From: Peribolospora baueri
Lineage: Eukaryota
Length of the DNA stretch: 20,000 nt
Reading direction: 5' to 3'
Assembly: GCA_029717555.1 (NCBI GenBank)
Contig: JAMDHS010000099.1
Coordinates: 51,103 to 71,102 of the forward strand
Shown here: piece after piece, positions 1 through 8,174 of the stretch
How positions within the stretch are numbered: position 1 is the stretch's first letter
How the letters are laid out: every line of letters begins with the position of its first letter
Translations under genes and position numbers: made by a program
Notes under the pieces: generated by a model
What the model was told of the DNA's origin: nothing
The model's input: only the letters and a program-made list of their open reading frames with translations
Databases searched by the model: none

Positions 1-2140
1 CCTCCTCCTCCCTTTCCCTCTCTTTCTCCTTCTCCCTCTCCCTCTTCTCCCTCTCCTCCTTTTCCCGAATCTCCTCCGCCGTCAGGAACCGCCCGCTGGG
101 TCCTCGCGGACGACGCATCGCGTGGGCGTGCCGGCTCTCGTGCAGGTACGTCTTACCCGGCAATTTTCCTGGCACACCGCCGCCGCCTCCTCCCGTCCCC
201 ATCCCCGTCCCCATCCCCGGTCCCATCGCGCTCGAGCCTCCTCCACCCGAGCCGCCCACCACACCTCCCGCACCCCCGGCTGTGAACCCGTTCCCACCAC
301 CAACGCCGGCGAGCGCGCCACCGAGACAGGCCAAGAGCGCCTCGGGCACCTCTTCCCCGTTCCTCCTCAGCCTCTCCGCCTCGTCCCGCCGCCGCTCCTC
401 CGCCCGGGCCTTGGCGGCACGCCGCTTAAGGATGCGGTGATACTGCTTCGCGTTCACGTACAGCGGCTCGTCCTCGGTTCGCTGCTGCGAGGCGAGCGGG
501 CTGGGCAGAGACGCGGCCGGCGCCGGGCCGGGGGCGGAAGAGGCGGACGGGAGATCACCGAAGGAGACCGTTGCGTCGGCGATCAGTCCGTCGCCTCCTC
601 CTCCACCGGAAGACGGCAAGGAAAAAGAAGACCTCCCGTCCCCGCCGTCACCTTCTGACCCCTCCTCGCCGAATGCTGCTGGCCACCCCTCTTCGCCCTC
701 GTCCGCCGACGCTCTCCTCCCGCTGCCGGCGGTCCCATTCGGCCCAAGCTCGCCAGGCTTCTTGTGCTTCTTCGCCTTCCCTCCTCGAGCCTTTGTCTTC
801 CTCCCCGCTGCCTCTCCCGCTTCCCCACTTCCTTGCTCGGACACGACGTTCCCTTCCATCACTCCCTCACCATACTCATGTCCCTCTCCCTCCGCCGCTC
901 CAAGGAGCTGCTGACCGGAAGCCAGTCTGCCGGGAGAGAGGACGGATTGACCAAGGTCGTCGATGACGGAGCCGGAGGCGGGCCCTCTGCGTTTCCTCTT
1001 CTTTGAAGTCGCACCCGATGCGGCACCAGTGAAGCCTTGTGCAGGAGCAGCACCGGCAGCAAGGGCAGGCGAGGCAGACGCAGAGGAAGCACCAGAACCG
1101 CTGCTGGCGGTGTGGACGGCTTGGCCCGCGCCTGCGGGATATGTGCCGGCCATTGCCGCCGCCGCCGCCGCCGCTGCAGCTGCCGCGGCGGCAGTGTTCA
1201 TGGCCGTGGCGGAAGGGTCAACGAAAGAAGTTGTGGAGGACTGCGGTGCTGGCGGGCCGGCGCCGGCTGGATGGAAGGAGTCGTCGGTCAGCGCCGCAGT
1301 TAGCGGACCGCCAGCACCGGGGGACGGTTGGGCAGTGGTGGGTGGAGCAGCGACGTGTCGGTGGTGAGGGTGAGGGTGGTGCTGGGAGGCCTGAAAAGCA
1401 GCCTGCCACTGTGCCTGTGCCTGCGCCTGTGCATGAGCATGTGCCTGAGCCTCGAGCTGCTGCTGTTGTGAGAACTGCGGGTGCGGGGAGAATCCTTGAG
1501 GGGCGGGGGCGACGGACGCGCCTGAGCTCGGGTGTCGAGCGTGCTCAGGGGTGTAGGCGGTGGGGGCAAACGGGTTGATATGCGTGTATGCCTGGAAATA
1601 GATCAGGCGAAGAAATGTAAATGGTGGAAAGGGAGTGAGCGTGATGAGGATGGCAAGCGAGATGGACGAATCAGCGCGGCTTCCATGATAGCATCGTGGG
1701 TCACGGCAGCTCACCTGTGGACCCATATGTTGAGTATATGAGGCTTGCCGTGGCGTCACCTCCCCAACGGCCGCCGTTCCTCCTGGTCCGACAACATGTG
1801 CATCGCCGCCGCCGGCATGAGGATGCTGGTGATGCTGCTGCTGTTGTTGTTGGTGTTGTTGTTGTTGCTGCTGCTGCTGCGTAGCGGTGAGGTGCTGCTG
1901 TGAGGAAGAGGAGTAATGCGCCAAGGAGGGATTGTGGTAGAGGGCAGGCGGATAGTGAAGGGGCTGGTCGGCGTGGCGGGGGAAAGCTTGTTGGTCGTGG
2001 TGATGAGCGAGGGGGGGTGGAGCCGAGGTGGACAAGGGGTGAGGTTGGGCTAAGTAGGGCTGACCAAGGACAATGGGGTCGTAGCTCGCTGCAGACCCTC
2101 CGCCAGCACTGGGTTGCTGGGGTTGATGAGGGTGTTGCAT
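1..2140 (-). CDS. HAP2: CCAAT-binding factor subunit NF-YA/Hap2/HapB (3'-partial). Exons 2140-1715 and 1591-<1
   Basis: Manual minus-strand translation gives EDEPLYVNAKQYHRILKRR (~475-419) and KTYLHESRHAHAMRRPRGPSGRFLT (~154-80) in the same frame, the two hallmark NF-YA subdomains. gccATG at 2140 starts a Q/H/P-rich N-terminus. Intron GTGAGC...CTGAT...CAG at 1714-1592. No stop before the window edge. Confidence 0.95.
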   Translation of the reverse strand, partial: MQHPHQPQQPSAGGGSAASYDPIVLGQPYLAQPHPLSTSAPPPLAHHHDQQAFPRHADQPLHYPPALYHNPSLAHYSSSSQQHLTATQQQQQQQQHQQQQQQHHQHPHAGGGDAHVVGPGGTAAVGEVTPRQASYTQHMGPQVSCRDPRCYHGSRADSSISLAILITLTPFPPFTFLRLIYFQAYTHINPFAPTAYTPEHARHPSSGASVAPAPQGFSPHPQFSQQQQLEAQAHAHAQAQAQAQWQAAFQASQHHPHPHHRHVAAPPTTAQPSPGAGGPLTAALTDDSFHPAGAGPPAPQSSTTSFVDPSATAMNTAAAAAAAAAAAAAMAGTYPAGAGQAVHTASSGSGASSASASPALAAGAAPAQGFTGAASGATSKKRKRRGPASGSVIDDLGQSVLSPGRLASGQQLLGAAEGEGHEYGEGVMEGNVVSEQGSGEAGEAAGRKTKARGGKAKKHKKPGELGPNGTAGSGRRASADEGEEGWPAAFGEEGSEGDGGDGRSSFSLPSSGGGGGDGLIADATVSFGDLPSASSAPGPAPAASLPSPLASQQRTEDEPLYVNAKQYHRILKRRAAKARAEERRRDEAERLRRNGEEVPEALLACLGGALAGVGGGNGFTAGGAGGVVGGSGGGGSSAMGPGMGTGMGTGGGGGGVPGKLPGKTYLHESRHAHAMRRPRGPSGRFLTAEEIREKEEREKREREKEKEREREEE
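1835..1879 (-). repeat. CAG/CAA repeat encoding a poly-Q tract (Q8-H-Q6) in Hap2
   Basis: (CTG/TTG)n on the + strand, in frame with HAP2. Confidence 0.9.
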
Positions 2141-2209
2141 GGCGGAGAGGCCGAGGTGCTGCCCGCCTACGCCAGGCACGCGCGCATGCACACGACTGAC
2201 GTTGCAGAC

Positions 2210-2337
2210 CTGCCCTTCCGCGGTGGCGCAGCGAAATAGAGCAAGACAACCAATATGAGCATTACAGTAGGGAAGGCAGACAAGGCGAGGAAGAAGGGGG
2301 AAGGGGAAGGAATCTTCGTGCTGTTCAGTTGACTCAC
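2210..2337 (-). other. Probable 5'-UTR intron of HAP2
   Basis: GAG|GTGAGT donor at 2337, pyrimidine-rich body, GCTCAT branch-like site near 2256-2261, CAG acceptor at 2210 (an alternative AAG lies 5 nt earlier). Confidence 0.55.
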
Positions 2338-2920
2338 CTCTCTGTCTTTTTCTCACCTCCACGTGCCGCCGACGTCGAAGGCCGGTGAAGGAGTGAAGAA
2401 GGCGAAGCGAGAAAAATGAAAGAAGGATTGTGCCTAACTAAAGTGGACTGGGGCAAGGTGAGAGGGGCGGAAGAAGCGGTGGTCTGGTCGTCGTCGCGTT
2501 GAAGGTGAAGGCGAGCGGCAGACAGCGTTGGTCGTCGTTGTTGCTTCCCTTCAGCAGCCGGAGCAGCGACCAGGGGCACTCAAGCCTGCTTCGTCGTCAA
2601 GAGAGACGCACCCGCTCGTCTCCGCCGTCAGCCCTTGTCCTTCGTTCCGTTTCGCTGTGAGCTCTTTGCCAATGACGCTCGAGTCGAAATGGTGTTCCGA
2701 AGAAATGACGCTGGCGTCAGGAAGATGTGACCCGCGGACGATGATCGATTTAAGGCCAAGACTTTCGTGAACGCGGAGATGGGCGCGCGGGAGCGGGGTT
2801 TTGGCCACACCACCTTATCGGCCAGCTGCGGAGATGAACTCGTGTGCGAGAGCCTGGCTTGAGGCACCTATAGGTGGCCGCGAACCGCTCAGACGGCTCG
2901 TCTCCATCTCCAATTCCGCC

Positions 2921-5900
2921 ATGGGCAGCGCAGATCAGCAGCCAAACATCCCATGTCCATCACCCATTGGGCGGAGAGTCAACGCGGCCATCGCCGAGCG
3001 GGACTTGGACACTCTCAGGGCTCTCAGCGCCGCCCCTGGCGGGTTCGGTCTCGACGCCGAGGTGAGGGCCAGGGCTTGGTGAGTTGGCGTCCAAGACGAG
3101 GCGAGTGCAGCGCAAAGGTTCAAACAGGGAAGGAAATAGCGAAGCTTAATGCACATACTTTTTTTTCTTCTTTACAGGCACTTTCTACTCCACCTGCCCC
3201 CTCCCCTTTCTTTGCACGTACGGCCCACCTTGGAAGCAGACGACGTTGACATCCCACCAGTAGCCGGCTTTTCCATCGCAAGTCTTCCCCATGAATCCCA
3301 ATCTCCAGACGGAACCGAGGATGAGCTCGGGGAAGCCGCCTTTAAGCGAAATCGGAAGACTGAGCAGGTCAGCGACGCGCTGGCAGACGTGGACAAGGAG
3401 ACACAATGCGAGGAGCCACAGATGCCGAACGAGCGGCCGACGTATTCCCGCTCGTCGAGCAAGCACGACCAACTCCGACGCTCCCTCGACGATGACCCAA
3501 CTACATACGCCACCATCCTCCCACCCTCTCTCGCTCGCCTACCGCCTCACAGGGACGAAGCGCAGGTCAAGCTGGACGTGGATCGCAGCTTTTTCGGCGT
3601 CGGTAGGGAAGAGGAGACGGAAGAGGAGGGTTTGGAAGAAGAGGCAGAGGATGGCGATACAGCTGCGTGTTCAGGGACCGCGTCGTCCATTTCGGATTCA
3701 AGAAGCGTGAGCAAGGAGGAAGAAGGAGGCGACGCCCGGGGCAGCCCATCATCATCGTCCAACCTCTCATCGCCTTCACCGCATCCAGCCGGGGTCCGTC
3801 AAGCGCGACGACGAAGCAGCGAGAAGAGGAAGCAAAAAGCAGAGGAGGAGCGTGCGGTGAGGAGGGAACAGCTGTACGCCATCATCGTGGGCGTGCTTAG
3901 ACGGAGGTCTGCGCTTAGTTATTTTCAGGTGAGGCAGTAAGGAGACATCGATTGGAAGGGAGACGCGAAGAGACGACTTCATTGTCGCTTCGCATCGTGA
4001 TTCACTTTTCTGCGTTGAGTCGCGGGAATGGTGTGGGGGAGGCATAACGGAAATTCTTCCGCCGGATAGTTCAGTCCGGCCCTCTGCTCCGCTCACACTG
4101 CCTCTTGCTTGCTGTCTACTCGCAACGTTTATGGACGTCATGTACACGCAGGGTTACCATGACATCGTGTCAGTTCTCTTGCTGGCGTTATACCCCTACA
4201 CCTCCCTTCCACCGTCATCGTCATCGCCGCCATCACCCGCAGATCCCCATCCAACGTTCCTTGCCACTCCGGCCGCCAACGGCCAGATCCACTTCGATCC
4301 CTCCCATCACCGCCTCCATCGCCGACAGGAAGCACTAGCCCGCGTCCTTCCTGCCGCCGAGCGCCTCTCGCTCCACTTTGTGAGGGACAGCATGGGCGCA
4401 GGCTTGGACCCCGTCCTGGGACAGTTGAAGTGGGTGTTTCCCGTTTATCGACACTCAGATTCGCGATGCCTCAAATGTTCGTGCCGGGCCCTGGTCTGGG
4501 CGCGGAGTTGAGTGCTTAGTCCCCCTTTGCTAATCGCTTTCTCGTCTTTTCCCCTCCCGCCAATGCAGGCTTGTAAGAAACGTGCTCCGGCTTGCGGACC
4601 CCGACCTGGCGTCCTTGGTGGAACTGTGAGCCGACGTCCCCGGTCTCTTATTTCTGCCGTCCTCGTCCGTCGGTACGGCGTTTAGTATCTTCTTCCTGTC
4701 GATCCCTTTGTTGACAATATGGCCCTTCGCGTCCCGATCGCAGTTCCTCTCCGCTACCTTACTTCGCTCTCTCCTGGGTGCTCACCCTGCTCTCGCACGA
4801 CCTCCCCTCTTCCCCTTCTCCTTGCGCCTCCGCCCCTCCATCATGCGCCTCATCGCCGTCTAACGCCACATGGACCCAGAACCAAAGGAAAGAGGCAAGC
4901 CGGGAAGGAGTAGAGGCTTCTTCCGCTGCGGAGGGGAAGACGAGCCCACCTCGGGTCGTCGAGAGGCTGTTCGACTTCTTCCTCGCTTGGGGCCCCGCGA
5001 GCGTCCTCTATTTCTGTGTGGCTGTGAGTGTTGTCTCGCACCGTTGCGAACATGCTGTGGCCGCTGCTCATCTCGTCCTCGTCCTTTTCACCTCCTCGCC
5101 TTACGTCATCACCGCCGGCCTTCCCTACCATGCTCTCACGCATCTCTGCTCCCTTCTACAGCTCATCCTGGCCAAGAAGCGCGAGCTAGACGTGCTCGAT
5201 CGGGACGGGTCGGACGACGCTGCGTTGTTGCACAACGCGCTCGGAAAGATGCCAAGGATCGTATTGGACTACGAAGCTGGGGCGGAGGTGCGCGGTGATG
5301 AAGGACAGCCAGAGGGGTCGTGTGGGAGAGGTAAGGGAGGAGGGAAAGGCGAGGAACACGGCCCGGAACACGTGAATGAAGGCTCGAAAGATGATGCGGT
5401 GGGACGAGATGGGAGGAAAGGAGAGGATGAAGAGCAGCGTGAAGAGGAGCAGAGCGCGGTGTCGGCCCTGTATTCCGACCCGGACGTCTACCCTCCCTCC
5501 TCCCCTCTTCCCTCGTCCTTCCTCTCGACCCGCGCCTCCACCCTCTCGAACCACGACGACTCCTCCGCCCCTTCTCTTCCCGACGCTCCCTTCTCCATCC
5601 CACTCTGCATGCTCTTCGCTTCCGCCCTCGAGCTTCGCCGACGCTTCCCGTTGGACTCGGAAGAGGTGGGCGGTAGGAAGGTCATGGGCCCCAAGAGCGT
5701 ACTATGGGGCTGGGAGGAGATCGAGCGGTCGTCACTCTCACTGGACGAAGAGATTGGAGGCGGCGGGGACAGGGCAGGTGATGGATCGGCGGTGGAGAGG
5801 ATGGAGCTGGGGACGGGGAAACAAGGCGGACGGGAGGAGGCGGCGGCGGGGGATTGCCGGGGCGTGTCTCGACTAAGCGCCATAGACTGGAGCGAACTGG

Positions 5901-6307
5901 ACGCGTCGGCGGAACGCACGGTGGGCGAGACATTTTCCATGGTCCTCGATCCATACCCTACCCCGCCTCCTTCGCCGCCGCCTCCGCTCGACGACGACGA
6001 GGAGGAGCCCGAGAAAGCGCGTCGCGTAAGGGACAAGCGAAAGAAGCGATCTCGCGCTGCCTCCTCCTCTCGCGATGAGTCGATCGACCGCGCTGCTCGC
6101 GTCGTCCGATGGACGGCGATCGTCGTTGGCGTAGCCAGCGTCGGTATGGCACTGTACGCGCACAGCTACGCCTCGAACGGCGCTGGCGGAGGCGGGGACG
6201 CCAGTGCCGGGTTCGGTACGGAGGCAGCTAGGAGGGCTTGGAAGGTCTTAGGCGCTTGGGCGGGCGTCGGGGCGGCGATGACGAGAATGACGGACGTCGC
6301 CGGTTGA
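2921..6307 (+). CDS. GYP8: TBC-domain Rab GTPase-activating protein, TBC1D20/Gyp8-like, ~889 aa. Exons 2921-3078, 3178-3928, 4152-4429, 4569-4625, 4744-5023, 5162-6307
   Basis: The spliced frame is continuous and contains GGF...VRARAWHFLL, HRDEAQVKLDVDRSF (Arg finger), YFQ|GYHDI (Gln finger across intron 2), LPYFALSWVLTLLSHD and RLFDFFL. A C-terminal hydrophobic segment WTAIVVGVASVGMALYA matches the membrane anchor typical of this subfamily. All introns are GT-AG with compatible phases. Confidence 0.9.
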
Positions 6308-6515
6308 ACGAAACTAGCTAGCTAGCTGATCGCGAGCGAGGTTCGTGGTGTGCTTCGCATCGATCGCTCTTCCACCGCGATGCACAGGAGTTAGACCGTG
6401 ATCCTTGCTTTTTCGAGCTCAGGTCCGGGGCGGTCTTCTAAAGAATGTACTAGTACGCGGAAGGGAGAGGAGAGTAATCGTTCGCATCAGGCCCCCTCTG
6501 GCTGATTCCGCATCG

Positions 6516-7866
6516 TCAATGCTGCATATCGACCCTGCCGCCCTTCGTCCACTCCCTCGCCGCCTGGTCAATGTTCTTCCAGTACCTCAGCTTGATGGCC
6601 AGCTCCCTCGCCAGGTCGAGGTTGGGAGGGGTGGAGGAGAAGGCAGAGGACAGGTCGGCGATGGCGTTGGAGATATTTTCTGAAAAAGACAATGGGATGT
6701 AATGAGACAGAGGGAGCGGAGAAAGAGGAACCAGGTGCGCAAATGGGCATGGGCCACGTTCGGCTCCGATCCAGTGCCAACTTGAGCGAGAGAGAGAAAG
6801 ACGAAAGGCCTACCTCGGTTCTCGGCGCGTATGGCGGCAGCCTCCTGCTCATCCTGTGCGTCCTCGAGACGCTCACGGAGTTCCATGACCTCCATGAGCA
6901 ACGTCGGGTCGGAGAGCGACTCGGACTCGGATACGGGCGCTTGAGATTCGGAGAGCTGGCGGGAGAAGGAGAGCAAGCGAAAGAAAAAAGGGGGAGAGAG
7001 AGAAACAGAGAAAGAGATGGTGAGCGAGAAAGCAAGACAGGGAAGGGTTCGGGAATGGGCAGAGAGGATGGAAGGCAGACGGACAATATACAGCGCTCGC
7101 TCCAGGGGGTCCTCGAGCGTCCGATATGCTTTGTTGACTAGCGAAGACTGTTGGGCCGCTATACTCTGTTCTTTCTGAGGGGGGCATGAACGGCACGAAG
7201 AAGGGGAGGGTCAGCGGGCCGATGTATTTGTCGTCCAGATACCCTTCCAGGATGCCTCCTTCCTCCACAGACATAGGTTCCCGTCCGAGCGGCGCTCACC
7301 TCGCTCTTGCCAGCCATCAAATCGGGATGAGTGCCCCTCATGAGCCGCCTCCACTTTGCCTGCAAATCCTTCACGTCCACGTCGAACCGGACGTGCTGCC
7401 TGTCCAGGCCGAACAAGTCGAAATAGTCGACTGAGGAGGGAATGGGCTGGATTGCCTTGCAGCTTGGAGCGGAGCAGTGGGTCGCAGCAAGGGGGAGCGA
7501 GGTGGAGCAGGCCCAGCAGGCCTTTTGCTGGGGGCGAGCATCAGCGGTGGAGTAGTGGCGACAAAGAGAGGAGGCAGTGGAGGTGGGGGCGACGTGGACG
7601 AGAGACGGTGCGCGGACGGACGACGAGAAGGAGAGTGCAAGCGTAGGGCGAGACGGCCTCGCTGGCCTTGATCGTGGAGCTGGGGTGATGCTGTGACTCG
7701 TCGGCGCTGCGCTGCGTGTCGCAGTTAGCGGAAGGAGGGGAGGGATGGACGGATGTGAGCGAGTGGCAGCCGGTGTTGGCGGAGCGTGTGATCGGAGAGA
7801 ACGGGAGGTGGCCAGCGTCTGGCGCCGAATTGAAGCGCGGACGAGGTGAGCTGGGGAAAAGGTCAT
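6516..7866 (-). CDS. JAC1: Mitochondrial Fe-S cluster co-chaperone HscB/Hsc20/Jac1, ~320 aa. Exons 7866-7300, 7174-7085, 6955-6814, 6679-6516
   Basis: Acid-free R/S/A-rich presequence; CWAC...C metal-binding segment followed by IQP; J-domain DYFDLFGL...THPD...SSLVNKAYRTLEDPLERALYIL; C-terminal Isu-binding region DPTLLMEVMELRERLE and KLRYWKNI. Splice phases are consistent. Confidence 0.95.
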
Positions 7867-8174
7867 GTATGTGAGCGTGTGCGAGTGGAATGAGGAGGCG
7901 GCATGAATAATGACAAGCCAAGCGTCGTCGTCGTCTTCGTCGTCGTCGTCGTCGGACGAAGGAAGAAGTTTGGAACGCCGGTCGGGAAGATTGCGCGGAC
8001 TGATCGCGATCAGATGCAATCGCGGAGAGATGCAAGAGGACGAGGACGAGGACGACGGAGACGGAGACGACGACGACGATGATCAGCACACACAACGCCT
8101 AACGCCATCCATCAACACCGCCCACGAGCAAGACCGAGAGCGAGCGAGTGTGGGAAAGGCCTCTCACGGCTCTC

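Noticed and set aside
122..1578. Plus-strand ORFs in the first 1.6 kb
   Set aside because: Antisense shadows of the HAP2 coding exon.
6315..6327. (CTAG)3 palindromic run after the GYP8 stop as a terminator
   Set aside because: Short microsatellite in a eukaryotic 3' region; no evidence of function.
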